Origin: an uncultured Gammaproteobacteria bacterium
GTDB taxonomy: Bacteria > Patescibacteriota > Microgenomatia > Daviesbacterales > UBA10151
Reading direction: 5' to 3'
Assembly: GCA_964524895.1 (NCBI GenBank)
Contig: CAZGFG010000003.1
Coordinates: 34,023-98,022 of the forward strand
Length of the DNA stretch: 64,000 nt
In this document: piece after piece, positions 1 through 9,714 of the stretch
Layout of the letters: each line of letters opens with the position of its first letter
Numbering within the stretch: position 1 is the stretch's first letter
The notes under the pieces: model-generated
Database searches by the model: none
Told to the model about the DNA's origin: nothing
The model's input: the letters and a program-made list of their open reading frames with translations, nothing else
Made by a program: the position numbers and the translations under genes

Positions 1-447
1 TTGGAAAAAGTAGCCCTGGTAGAAAACGGCAATACACCGGGAGGGAAAAGGAAAGTATCGGGTGATGCAAAAGAGGCTGTTACCCTAATGACCCTACACT
101 CTGCCAAAGGACTGGAATTCCCGGTAGTCTTTATGGTGGGCATGGAGGAAGGGCTATTTCCACACTCACGGTCTTTGCTTGATCCCAATGAGTTGGAAGA
201 GGAGAGAAGGCTTTGTTATGTCGGTATTACCCGGGCAAAACAAAAACTTTTCTTAACCTATTGCCGACAAAGGTTGTATTTTGGTCAAAGAAACAGTAAC
301 TTAGTATCCAGATTTATTGCCGATATTCCGGAAAATTTGATTAGTAGCAACACTAATTTTAGAGATGAGGGTCAAATGGATTATTCAAACCAAAGCTTTG
401 ATACAGATGTCAGTAGTATAGATGAAGATGACTGGTTAAATATTTAA
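1..447 (+). CDS. ATP-dependent DNA helicase, UvrD/PcrA/Rep family; C-terminal fragment, 5' end lies outside the window
   Basis: The translation has the typical UvrD C-terminal motifs ([25 protein letters not shown]). The ORF runs off the window start. Confidence 0.8.
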   Translation: MEKVALVENGNTPGGKRKVSGDAKEAVTLMTLHSAKGLEFPVVFMVGMEEGLFPHSRSLLDPNELEEERRLCYVGITRAKQKLFLTYCRQRLYFGQRNSNLVSRFIADIPENLISSNTNFRDEGQMDYSNQSFDTDVSSIDEDDWLNI

Positions 448-452
448 AACCT

Positions 453-1154
453 ATGAATTATCTGGAAAGATATTTAGGTATAGCTTTTATTGTATTTTTA
501 TTTTTCCTAGGCCAAAAATTTAGCACCCCCTCGCCGGTAATAGCAGACGAGAAGCCTACTGTTTTAGAAGTTTTACCTATCTCCCAACCCGTCACCACCC
601 AGTCTCGCTTCACTACCAGACTGGAGGAGGAAACGGAAACAATTCTAAGAAAAACCCTTTACCAGGATGACCCGGAAACAGAAGCCGGCATAGAACAAGT
701 ATTAGAAGAAGGGGAAGACGGAAGAAGAGTTAATATAATTAAAATTACTTATTATGACGGTAAAGAATACGACCGTGAGATTACCTCAACCGAAATCACC
801 CCTCCAAAGGATAAAAAAATACTAAGAGGAACAAAAATTGTCTGGAAAAGTTTGCAAACTCCGGATGGGGAGATTAGATACTGGAAGAAAATGAGGGTCT
901 ATGCTACCCATTATGATTCGCATTGTCCGGGTTGTAACGAGTGGACAGCAATAGGAATGAGGGCCGGCAAAGGAGTTATTGCAGTTGACCCTAAAGTTAT
1001 TTCACTCCGCAGCAAAGTTTATATACCGGGTTACGGATTGGCAGTAGCCGGAGATACCGGAGGAGCGATCAAAGGTAATATCATTGATCTGGGATTTGAG
1101 GATGCCAGAACAGCAGACTGGAGTGCCAAGTTCATAGATATCTATCTTTTGTAG
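453..1154 (+). CDS. Secreted cell-wall protein with a G5-like linker and a C-terminal 3D (MltA/RlpA-like) domain
   Basis: N-terminal hydrophobic signal or anchor. Middle segment YYDGKEYDREITSTEITPPKDKKILRGTK resembles a G5 domain. C-terminus YATHYDSHCPGCNEWTAIGMRAGKGVIAVDPKVI...AGDTGGAIKGNIIDLGFED is a classic 3D domain. Confidence 0.6.
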   Translation: MNYLERYLGIAFIVFLFFLGQKFSTPSPVIADEKPTVLEVLPISQPVTTQSRFTTRLEEETETILRKTLYQDDPETEAGIEQVLEEGEDGRRVNIIKITYYDGKEYDREITSTEITPPKDKKILRGTKIVWKSLQTPDGEIRYWKKMRVYATHYDSHCPGCNEWTAIGMRAGKGVIAVDPKVISLRSKVYIPGYGLAVAGDTGGAIKGNIIDLGFEDARTADWSAKFIDIYLL

Positions 1155-1226
1155 AAACTTGGCACGGAAGTACTGAGCTATGCGAAGGACTGGAGTGCCA
1201 AGTTCATAGACATCTATCTACTGTAA
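1116..1226. repeat. Imperfect ~39-bp direct repeat (1116-1154 and 1188-1226) duplicating the last 12 codons and stop of the 3D-domain gene
   Basis: gactggagtgccaagttcatagatatctatcttttgtag versus gactggagtgccaagttcatagacatctatctactgtaa. The second copy is in frame with the first, behind its TAG stop. Confidence 0.7.
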
Positions 1227-1868
1227 GAATTTAAAGTTTTCCAAGATTTTTTCCCCATCACTGCCTATCACTCTAAATAAATACATCTTCTTATCTTTTG
1301 AGATATAAATAAATCTTGGTTTTCCAACTCGGTAATCAATCACCCTGCTTTTGCCTGTTTGCCCTGAAACCGTAGCTTCATCTTTAGGAGCCAAGTCAAA
1401 TTTTCCTCCGGATGTAAAATCTCCCCAGACAAAAGGGTAGTACCAAAAGTTATGGTGCCAAGTGTCAATCGTTAAATTATCCAAATTTTCAAAAACCCAT
1501 ACAGTTAACGGATTCTCATCATATGACTCACTTTTGTCTAGAACCACCACCCCACCTATCGATTCTCCCGGCTCATAACCTACGTACCCCTTGAAGTTTT
1601 TCCGAAAATCTCCCCCTCCTCTTTTATTAAATTCCTCCTCCGTGTCTATTTTTAAGGTTAAACCCCTAGGATATTCAAGCTTAAAACCTAAATTGAGATC
1701 TGTGTAAGTTTCGGTATTAGACACTGTAGGGCTCCATTCTTGCTTAGGTTTCTCGGTATTACTTTTAAGAGTTACGTTTTGAAAATTTTGATAGAGATAG
1801 AAGATAGCAAAGCTTGCCAGCAGTAATATCCCAAACATTAAAACTGGCTGTATGATTCCCCTTTGCAT
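1218..1868 (-). CDS. Hypothetical membrane-anchored protein
   Basis: 216-aa ORF with an N-terminal TM helix (ILLLASFAIFYLY). No recognisable catalytic motifs. Confidence 0.4.
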   Translation of the reverse strand: MQRGIIQPVLMFGILLLASFAIFYLYQNFQNVTLKSNTEKPKQEWSPTVSNTETYTDLNLGFKLEYPRGLTLKIDTEEEFNKRGGGDFRKNFKGYVGYEPGESIGGVVVLDKSESYDENPLTVWVFENLDNLTIDTWHHNFWYYPFVWGDFTSGGKFDLAPKDEATVSGQTGKSRVIDYRVGKPRFIYISKDKKMYLFRVIGSDGEKILENFKFLQ

Positions 1869-1933
1869 ATATCTATCATAATACCTCTACCTCCCACTTG
1901 CAAAAAGTTTTTGTATTCTGTTATGATCGGCCA

Positions 1934-2563
1934 ATGGCAAAAATAAAAACTTCCGAACCAAAAACTAGTTGGTCTATCTTGGATAGGATAAAAAAATATA
2001 GACCTACCAGGCGGGATTACCTATTGGTTCTTATCTTAGGTTTAATATTACTCGCAGTTTTCAAAAAGAGTTGGTTTGTAGCAGCAACAGTAAACGGAAC
2101 TCCGATTACCAATCTGGAGCTATTTTCCAAAATGAATGACCAATACCGACAGCAAACTCTAAACCAGCTTATAAATGAGAAGGTTATCTTCGAAGAAGCC
2201 AAGAAAAAAAATATAGTTGTTGATAACAATCAAATCAATGACAAAATCTCCGAATTGGAAAAAAGTGTTGGTGGAGCCCAAGTTTTAGACAGCCTATTGT
2301 CTCAACAAGGCCAAACCAGAGATAGCCTAAAACAGCAGCTTAAGGTCCAGCTAATTATTGAGAAACTCTACCAAAACGAAGCAACGGTTTCGGCTGAAGA
2401 GGTTAACAATTTTATAACCCAAAATGCAGCTGCCTTGCAAGCTACCGACTCTGCCGGCCAGATCCAAGAAGCTACTAATATATTGAGGCAACAAAAATTA
2501 TCGGAACTTTTTTCCCAAAAATTCCAAGAACTTCGCCAAAATACCAATATTCAAATCTTCTAA
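1934..2563 (+). CDS. SurA N-terminal-domain-like or PrsA-like periplasmic chaperone lacking a PPIase domain
   Basis: Start moved to the internal ATG (MAKIKT). One TM anchor, then VNGTPITNLELFSKMNDQYRQQTLNQLINEKVIFEEAKKKNIVVDNNQINDKISELEKS, which resembles the SurA_N chaperone fold. Confidence 0.4.
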   Translation: MAKIKTSEPKTSWSILDRIKKYRPTRRDYLLVLILGLILLAVFKKSWFVAATVNGTPITNLELFSKMNDQYRQQTLNQLINEKVIFEEAKKKNIVVDNNQINDKISELEKSVGGAQVLDSLLSQQGQTRDSLKQQLKVQLIIEKLYQNEATVSAEEVNNFITQNAAALQATDSAGQIQEATNILRQQKLSELFSQKFQELRQNTNIQIF

Positions 2564-2612
2564 CATCAGAAGGTCTCTACACCCCGGACCCTAAACCCTA
2601 TATAATGTCTGC

Positions 2613-3647
2613 ATGGATCTTAGACTAATTACCGAGAGTAAAAAAAGTGCATATAATTCTGTCATCACTCATGTTATACAATCTTGGGAATGGGGAGAGT
2701 TTAGAAAAAGTTTAGGTACCCCTCTTGCCCGTTATGGATTATACGAAGGCAATAAATTGAAGTCTGCTTTCCAGATAACCTTTCACCAAATCCCCTTTAC
2801 TAATTTTTTTGTAGGTTATTTACCAAAGGGTCCCTTTCCGGATAAAGAATTCGTTGAGGCTTTAGCAGAACTTGGCCAACAAAAAAAGTGTGCTTTTATC
2901 AAAATAGAACCAAACATTAAGAATGAAGAATTTAAAATTAAGAATTTAGAATTAGATCTAAAATTCCATCCCTCACCTAAACCTCTCTTTACCAAACACA
3001 ATTTCATATTGGATTTGACAAAGTCAGAGGAGGAACTTTTAAAAAACCTGCATCCTAAAACCCGATACAATATTAAAACCGCTCAAAAGCATGGAGTAAA
3101 GGTGCAGGAGAGAATAGACGATGAAGCTTTTGACATTTACTTAAAGCTTTATTTTGAAACTACCAAAAGGCAAGGGTATCATGGGCACAATGAAACTTAT
3201 CACCGCAAGGTATGGCAAACACTTAAAGAGGCAAATATGGCCAGATTACTTATTGCTTTCTACCACCCGCCACACGCCAAAAACCCCAAACCATTAACAG
3301 CTTGGATGCTTTTTAATTTTCACCAAACTCTTTATTACCCATATGGGGGTTCAAGTCTTGAGCACAAAGAGGTCATGGCTAATAATTTAGTTGCTTGGGA
3401 AGCTATTCGTTTAGGTAAAAAGTTAGGGCTAAAAGAATTTGATATGTGGGGGGCTTTGAGTCCTGATGCTAACCCCAAAGACTCCTGGTTTGGTTTCCAT
3501 CGGTTTAAACAAGGATACGGAGGGGAATTGGTAGAATATATGGGAACTTATGATTTGGTGTTTAACTGGCCGCTTTACATACTTTTTACTACTATCGACC
3601 GATTAACCCCTGTAAAAGTTTTTCTCTTAAAACTTTTACAGAAATAA
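2613..3647 (+). CDS. FemAB-family peptidoglycan interpeptide bridge-forming aminoacyltransferase
   Basis: FemX/FemAB-like blocks: KTRYNIKTAQKHGVKV, TTKRQGYHGHNETYHRKVW, YYPYGGSS, NNLVAWEAIRLGKKLGLKEFDMWGA. Confidence 0.7.
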   Translation: MDLRLITESKKSAYNSVITHVIQSWEWGEFRKSLGTPLARYGLYEGNKLKSAFQITFHQIPFTNFFVGYLPKGPFPDKEFVEALAELGQQKKCAFIKIEPNIKNEEFKIKNLELDLKFHPSPKPLFTKHNFILDLTKSEEELLKNLHPKTRYNIKTAQKHGVKVQERIDDEAFDIYLKLYFETTKRQGYHGHNETYHRKVWQTLKEANMARLLIAFYHPPHAKNPKPLTAWMLFNFHQTLYYPYGGSSLEHKEVMANNLVAWEAIRLGKKLGLKEFDMWGALSPDANPKDSWFGFHRFKQGYGGELVEYMGTYDLVFNWPLYILFTTIDRLTPVKVFLLKLLQK

Positions 3648-3650
3648 TTA

Positions 3651-4211
3651 GTGATGGACATTACGCTTATTATTTCCGGTGGCCTCTTATTAGGTTGCCT
3701 AATAGCCATCTCTTGGTTTGCCGGATCTGATGCCCCGTATATCCCAACTAGATTGGAACTGATCAAACAAGTATTACAAGCAGCAGGGGTAAAGGAGGGG
3801 AAAAAATTTTACGAGCTTGGTTCCGGTGATGGTAGAGTTGTTTTTCAGGCAGCTAAATTGGGGGCAAATTCAACCGGCATAGAACAATCTCTATTAAGAG
3901 TATTCTATTCAAAATATCGCGCCAAAAAGTTAGCTTTACACCCCCGAGGTGTAAACGTAGAGTTTTATCATGATAATATTTTTAATAGATCGTATCGGGA
4001 TGCGGATATTCTTTTTATATATCTATTACCAAAAGGAGTTTTAAGATTAGAAGATAAATTAAGAAAAGAATTGAAGAAAAATTCTACAATTATTACCCAG
4101 ACTTACCATTTTAAAAACTGGAGGCCGTATAAAAAAATAATTCCTCCTAAAAATATAGACTTAACTGGGGATATTAAGGGAGCAGGAAATTTTTATCTGT
4201 ATAGAGTTTAA
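3651..4211 (+). CDS. Small membrane-anchored class I SAM-dependent methyltransferase-like protein
   Basis: N-terminal TM. Motif I-like YELGSGDGRVVFQAAKLGA and a downstream acidic motif DADILFIY. Confidence 0.45.
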   Translation: MMDITLIISGGLLLGCLIAISWFAGSDAPYIPTRLELIKQVLQAAGVKEGKKFYELGSGDGRVVFQAAKLGANSTGIEQSLLRVFYSKYRAKKLALHPRGVNVEFYHDNIFNRSYRDADILFIYLLPKGVLRLEDKLRKELKKNSTIITQTYHFKNWRPYKKIIPPKNIDLTGDIKGAGNFYLYRV

Positions 4212-4212
4212 A

Positions 4213-4653
4213 TTACTCTACTAGCAGTGTCCCCACCATTCCCGATGCACGGTGGCCGGGGACAGAACAATAGTAGCTAAACGAACCACTCTTATCCGCT
4301 ATAAATTCCAAGGTCTCCTTCTCTCCGGTTGTTATCCTTTTAGATCTGATACCAAATTCATCTATAGTAAGATCGTGTGTTCCTCCCTCATCTTGAAAAG
4401 TGATCTTAACCTTATCACCTTTGTTTACCTTAATCTGACTTGGCTCATATTTAAAGCTGCTACCATAAATTGTAAATTCTTTAACTTCCCCTTGCTGTGC
4501 AGAATCTGTTGACTGTGAAGGTTGCACGCTTCCCTCTACCTGTTCTTCAACTGTCACCGGAGTAGAGCTATTCTTAGAATTTAAATACCAAACCCCACCC
4601 AAAACCGCTAGGGCTACGACAACTACCGCAATGATTACCAAATTCTTATTCAT
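4213..4653 (-). CDS. Cupredoxin (plastocyanin/azurin-like blue copper protein), membrane-anchored
   Basis: N-terminal TM. C-terminal copper-site pattern GGTHDL...YYCSVPGHRASGM (His, Cys-x2-His, Met ligands). Confidence 0.6.
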   Translation of the reverse strand: MNKNLVIIAVVVVALAVLGGVWYLNSKNSSTPVTVEEQVEGSVQPSQSTDSAQQGEVKEFTIYGSSFKYEPSQIKVNKGDKVKITFQDEGGTHDLTIDEFGIRSKRITTGEKETLEFIADKSGSFSYYCSVPGHRASGMVGTLLVE

Positions 4654-4688
4654 AATTTAATGATACACTACTTATGCAATATTCCAAA

Positions 4689-5816
4689 CTATATCACTAC
4701 CAACTCCCTGGGAGAGCTAGTTAAATATTTTACCCCCTCATCTTCCATCACAAACAGATCTTCTATTCTGACTCCGCCAACATCAGGGATATAGATACCC
4801 GGTTCTATAGAAAAAACCATGCCCACCTTTAAAATCTCTTTACTTTTTGTAGACAAATATGGATGCTCATGTACCTCCAACCCGATTCCGTGACCTAAGG
4901 AATGAGGTATTGCAGGAAAACCATTTTTAACAATATAGGCTCTAGCTACCTTATCCACCTTTTGGGCCATGATTTTTTTACCGGACTTTACCCGGGAATT
5001 TATATAATCTATAGCTGCTTGCTGAGAAGACAGTACGGTTTTATACATCCTTTTTTGTCCGGAAGTAGGTTTTCTAAAAAATATTGTCCTGGTCATATCT
5101 GAACAATATCCGCCAAATTTTATACCAAAATCCATTAAAATTTGGTCACCATCTTTTAAAACAGTTTCCCCGGGTTGGTGGTGGGGATAAGCGGAATTTT
5201 TACCAAAAGCGATAATTGTTTTAAATGAACTTTGCGCTCCCATCTTATAAATTAAGTTCTCCAACCGGTAGGCCAACTCTTTCTCGCTGATTCCTTGCTT
5301 AACTTCCTTCAATATTTGATCAAAGACACTATCACCGATAAAGCAGGCAGTTTTGATCAGTTCTATTTCCTTGTCTTCCTTAACTCCTCTTATTAACCTG
5401 GCCTCAAAGTTTAAAACAGATTCAAATTCCCTAACCAAATGCTTATATTCTCTTGCTGTTAAATTTCCCTCTTCAATTCCCAATCTGACGGCAGGTAATT
5501 TAATCAACTTTTTAATAGTCTTACCTACAGGTTCCCTCCTACTTATCTTGATTGGCTTTAATCCTTTAACTTCTTTTTTGACATTCTCGATATAAATGCT
5601 ATGAGTCAGGATAAAAGCTCTATCTTTAGTAATTAACACATATCCATCTCTCTCCTCGGTAGAAAAATTTCCAAAGCCTGTCAAATAAGTTATATGTGCC
5701 GGTGAGGAAATAACTACTGCATCCAGTTTCTTTTTAGCCAAGTTTTTTTGTAAAGTATTAATCCGATTGGAGTATTGCATAAATGCTGATTCTAGACTTT
5801 TTTCAAAAAAGGTCAA
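4689..5816 (-). CDS. M24-family metallopeptidase (Xaa-Pro aminopeptidase/dipeptidase)
   Basis: pita-bread fold motifs: DFGIKFGGYCSDMTRT, HSLGHGIGLEVHEHPYL, VFSIEPGIY, VGGVRIEDLFV. Confidence 0.8.
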   Translation of the reverse strand: MTFFEKSLESAFMQYSNRINTLQKNLAKKKLDAVVISSPAHITYLTGFGNFSTEERDGYVLITKDRAFILTHSIYIENVKKEVKGLKPIKISRREPVGKTIKKLIKLPAVRLGIEEGNLTAREYKHLVREFESVLNFEARLIRGVKEDKEIELIKTACFIGDSVFDQILKEVKQGISEKELAYRLENLIYKMGAQSSFKTIIAFGKNSAYPHHQPGETVLKDGDQILMDFGIKFGGYCSDMTRTIFFRKPTSGQKRMYKTVLSSQQAAIDYINSRVKSGKKIMAQKVDKVARAYIVKNGFPAIPHSLGHGIGLEVHEHPYLSTKSKEILKVGMVFSIEPGIYIPDVGGVRIEDLFVMEDEGVKYLTSSPRELVVI

Positions 5817-5869
5817 CTAATTTAATTTTGCGTCTACTATCAAAGGTAAAGGCATGATAAAATCCTGCC

Positions 5870-7042
5870 ATGAAGCTCCTCCATTTTTCAGATATCCACA
5901 TCGGGATGGAAAATTATGCTAAATTCGATCCACAGACAGGGCTCTCCACCAGGTTACTCGATTTTTTCAAAACTTTCGATTTTATTGTTGATACCGCAAT
6001 CTCCGAGAGAGTCGATGCAGTAGTTTTTGCAGGGGATGCATACAAAACCCGTGACCCAAACCCTACTCAACAAAGAGGCTTTGGTGAAAGAATAAAAAGA
6101 CTGGCTAAAAATAACCTCCCTACAGTTTTAGTTATAGGAAATCACGACACCCCTAATGCCGAAGGCAGAGCTAACTCTCTGGATATTTATTCTGCACTGG
6201 AGATAGAAAATGTCTGGGTATCCCGAACCCCGCAGTATTTACAAATCCCTACCAAATCAGGAGTTCTGCAAGTAGTAACCCTTCCCTGGCTTCATAAAAA
6301 TGACTACAAAACTATTGGAGAAAAGTTAAATCTGTTGTATGAAAAAATTACCCCTCCGCCAGTTGGCGGACCCGCTATCTTTTTATCGCATGCCGAAGTG
6401 GTTGGAGCGCAATACGGATCTGAAAAAGGAATGGCTATTACAAACGATGTTACCATTCCCTTGTCTTTACTTCAGGATAAAAGATTAAGTTATGTCGCTC
6501 TTGGCCATATTCATAAACATCAAGTCTTATCAAAACCCGGCGATATTCCTTTGATAGTGTATGCCGGATCTTCCCAAAGAATTGATTTTGGAGAAGAAAA
6601 GGAGGAAAAAGGAATATGCTTGGTAGATATCCCAAATCCAGGACACGCATCTTTTAAATTTGTAAAAACTCATGCTCGGGAGTTTTTAAGTATTGACATC
6701 AATTTACAGCTCGATGATATAGATCCCACTCAAACAGTTATCAGCGAGATAAAAAAGCACGACATTAAAGATAAAATTGTTAGGGTAACTATAAATATTC
6801 CGGCTAGTGTAAATAAAGAATTAAGAATGGATCAGATCAAGAAAGCGCTTTCAGATGCCAATTTTATCGCCGGAATATCCAGAAATATTGAAAAAAGGCA
6901 GCGGGAAAGAATTGAGGCAAAAGAGGTAGAAACCTTAACTCCCATCCAAGCTTTAAAAAAATATTTTGAAAGCAAAAAATATTCAAAGGAAAAACAAAAG
7001 GAATTGGAATCGTATGCTGCCCAACTTCTAGGAAATGAATAA
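5870..7042 (+). CDS. sbcD: Exonuclease SbcD (Mre11-like calcineurin-fold nuclease)
   Basis: MKLLHFSDIHIG, VVFAGDAYKTRDPNP, LVIGNHD and GHIH phosphoesterase motifs. Sits immediately upstream of the NUDIX gene and sbcC. Confidence 0.8.
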   Translation: MKLLHFSDIHIGMENYAKFDPQTGLSTRLLDFFKTFDFIVDTAISERVDAVVFAGDAYKTRDPNPTQQRGFGERIKRLAKNNLPTVLVIGNHDTPNAEGRANSLDIYSALEIENVWVSRTPQYLQIPTKSGVLQVVTLPWLHKNDYKTIGEKLNLLYEKITPPPVGGPAIFLSHAEVVGAQYGSEKGMAITNDVTIPLSLLQDKRLSYVALGHIHKHQVLSKPGDIPLIVYAGSSQRIDFGEEKEEKGICLVDIPNPGHASFKFVKTHAREFLSIDINLQLDDIDPTQTVISEIKKHDIKDKIVRVTINIPASVNKELRMDQIKKALSDANFIAGISRNIEKRQRERIEAKEVETLTPIQALKKYFESKKYSKEKQKELESYAAQLLGNE

Positions 7043-7454
7043 ACCGGATAAACATATTGTTGTTTTTATTTTAAAAAGAGGTGTAAAGCTTTTGGTAGAA
7101 GAGAGAGCTTTGGAAAGTACCTTGGCCGGTGAGCTTCTATTCCCCGGTGGTAGCGTTGAAAAACATGAGTTAAACGATTTCATAGCGGCCATGAAACGTG
7201 AATCTATGGAGGAGTTAGGAGTTCTACCTATTGAGTATTATGCAATACCAACACCAAAAATTATTTATGGTTATGGCGGGGTTATAGTAAATCCTTTCTT
7301 AGTAATCAAGTGGCAAGGGAGTGTGCCCAAGAAAGTTTTAGATAAAGGTAACCCGCTGCGTTGGGTGAGTATGCACATGATGCTTCATTCTCCCATCAAA
7401 CCAGTTGCTGAAATTGCTCAAGCCTTAAATATTTATCTAACTTTAAACCAATGA
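7035..7454 (+). CDS. NUDIX hydrolase
   Basis: Nudix box GGSVEKHELNDFIAAMKRESMEELGV (Gx5Ex7REUxEExGU). Overlaps the sbcD stop by 8 nt and the sbcC start by 4 nt. Confidence 0.6.
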   Translation: MNKPDKHIVVFILKRGVKLLVEERALESTLAGELLFPGGSVEKHELNDFIAAMKRESMEELGVLPIEYYAIPTPKIIYGYGGVIVNPFLVIKWQGSVPKKVLDKGNPLRWVSMHMMLHSPIKPVAEIAQALNIYLTLNQ

Positions 7455-9682
7455 TTCCGGTAAATCTGAAATTATCAAATTTTACCAGCTATGGTGAAAA
7501 TCCACCGGAGTTGGGTCTTACTAAATTTAAATTGGCGGCAATTTCCGGCCTTAATGGTGCCGGAAAATCTTCCCTGCTTGATTCAATTACTTGGTGTGTG
7601 TGGGGTGCGTCTCGGGCCGGAGACTCTTCCGATGAACTCATTAGACTGGGGCAGAATGAGATGTTTGTAGAGTTTTCTTTTGAGTTAGACGGGCATTTGT
7701 ATACAGTCAAAAGAAGAAGGTCAAAAAAGGGAGGCGGGTCAACATCCTTAGAATTTTGGTCTAACTCCCATAACTTAACTGAAGGGACAATTAAGGTTAC
7801 GCAACAAAAAATTATCGATACTCTTCATCTTAACTTTGAAACATTTTCTAATTCCTCATATATCAGACAGGGGCACGTTGATGAATTTACGAACAAAGGT
7901 CCAACTGATAGAAAAAGGATTTTAGCGGATATCTTAGGCCTTGATCATTATGACAAATTAGAGGAAAAGGCAAAAGAAAAAAGCAAAGAAGCCCAAACTC
8001 AATTGCAGCTGATGGACTATCAGATGCTTGAGATAGAAGCAGAATTATCCCAAAAGCAGGAGAGGGAAAAATCCTTGAGTTTGGCCGAAGAAGAAAAAAG
8101 AGAGGTGGAGAGCCAGTTAAGAAACTTAGAAACCTTAATACGAACTATCACTGAAAGATACCAAAAAATTAATATCCAACTAAAAACTTTGGAGGAGAAA
8201 CGGACCCAATTGGAAAATATTGGAAAAGAGATTTCAAATTTGGAATTGCAAATGGAGCTAAAAGAGCGGGCAAAACAAGAATTTCAATCCATCCTGGAGA
8301 AAAAAGAAGCTATTGAACAAGCTTATAAAAAATTGCAGGTCTTGCAAAAGAAACAAAAGGTTTTGGATGAAAAGCGAAGCCAACTTATAAAAGTAAAGGA
8401 TGAACTTGTGGGTATACAAAAAATCATAAAAGTAAGGGAAGAAAAAAGGACCTCTGCAATCAATAAAGTCGAAATTGATATTAAGCAGTCCCAAACACAA
8501 AATGAATCTTTGCAAAAACAAATAGATCACCTAAATGGTAGGAAGGATTTGTGCCCTACATGTGGTCAACCAATTGGAGAAAGAAATAAGAAAAAAATTA
8601 TTGAAGAAAGTAGGAAAGAAATAGATAAAAATAACAAGGAGATAGAGAAGCTAAAACTAGTAATAGAAAAATATAAATCAACCAGGCTGCCAGAATACAA
8701 ACAAGCAATAGAGAAAGAGGAGGAGATTAAAAAATTAGAAGAGGAGGCTAAAGACTATTTTGAAATTACGCAGCATATTCAAAAGCTGGAAAAGGTTCCG
8801 GAGTTCTATACAAAACTTCAGCAAGCTCAAACAGGGGTTCAAACCCATCAAGACACACTTTTGGATTTACAAAAAATGCATCGGACTAAAAAAGAGCAAA
8901 TTTCAAAATACCAACAGGAGTTAGAGAAACTTTCTAAAATTGAAGGTGAGCTTTTAGAAGTTAGGAATGAACTTACCTCCAGAGAGCAAGTTAAACAGGA
9001 GTTGTCACAAAAAGCTCTGGAGCTAAGTGGAAGGGTGGGCGAGGCAAAACAACTTGTTTCCAGATCCATTCAGCTGGAGGAACTTTTTGAAAAAAAGCAA
9101 CAAGAAAAGAGCAAACTTCAAAAGGATAAGGAGGTTTATGACGAACTTTCACTTGCCTTCGGTAAAAAGGGGATTCAGGCTATGATTATAGAAAATGCTA
9201 TACCGGAAATAGAGGAAGAAGCAAATTTACTTTTAAACAGACTGACGGAAGGAAGAATGCAAGTTTCCCTGGAAACTCAAAGAGAAACAAAAACAAAAGT
9301 CAAAACAGCAGACGGAACAAAAGACCATGCCACTATTGAAACACTGGATATAGTTATCTCGGATGAGATGGGTGAAAGACCATATGAACTTTATTCCGGC
9401 GGTGAAACCTTTAGAGTAAACTTTGCCATCCGGTTGGCAATATCAAAACTTTTGGCCAATAGAGCCGGAGCAAGATTACAATTTCTGGTAATAGATGAGG
9501 GCTTTGGTACTCAAGATGCCCAAGGGAGAACAAGGCTTGTAGAAGTTTTGGATGCAATCAAAGATGATTACGAAAAGATTTTAATAATCACTCACCTTGA
9601 AGAGTTAAAAGAAGAGTTCCCCATAAGAATTGAGGTGACAAAGAACGCAGTCGGCTCAACTTTTGAGATTGTAGGCATATAG
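7451..9682 (+). CDS. sbcC: Exonuclease SbcC (Rad50-like SMC ATPase)
   Basis: N-terminal Walker A GLNGAGKSS, long coiled coil with a CPTCGQP zinc hook, C-terminal signature LYSGGETFRVNFAIRLAIS and Walker B LQFLVIDEGFG. Confidence 0.8.
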   Translation: MIPVNLKLSNFTSYGENPPELGLTKFKLAAISGLNGAGKSSLLDSITWCVWGASRAGDSSDELIRLGQNEMFVEFSFELDGHLYTVKRRRSKKGGGSTSLEFWSNSHNLTEGTIKVTQQKIIDTLHLNFETFSNSSYIRQGHVDEFTNKGPTDRKRILADILGLDHYDKLEEKAKEKSKEAQTQLQLMDYQMLEIEAELSQKQEREKSLSLAEEEKREVESQLRNLETLIRTITERYQKINIQLKTLEEKRTQLENIGKEISNLELQMELKERAKQEFQSILEKKEAIEQAYKKLQVLQKKQKVLDEKRSQLIKVKDELVGIQKIIKVREEKRTSAINKVEIDIKQSQTQNESLQKQIDHLNGRKDLCPTCGQPIGERNKKKIIEESRKEIDKNNKEIEKLKLVIEKYKSTRLPEYKQAIEKEEEIKKLEEEAKDYFEITQHIQKLEKVPEFYTKLQQAQTGVQTHQDTLLDLQKMHRTKKEQISKYQQELEKLSKIEGELLEVRNELTSREQVKQELSQKALELSGRVGEAKQLVSRSIQLEELFEKKQQEKSKLQKDKEVYDELSLAFGKKGIQAMIIENAIPEIEEEANLLLNRLTEGRMQVSLETQRETKTKVKTADGTKDHATIETLDIVISDEMGERPYELYSGGETFRVNFAIRLAISKLLANRAGARLQFLVIDEGFGTQDAQGRTRLVEVLDAIKDDYEKILIITHLEELKEEFPIRIEVTKNAVGSTFEIVGI

Positions 9683-9714
9683 TTTAAGCAGAAAATTTTA
9701 GTTACAATAAAGCT

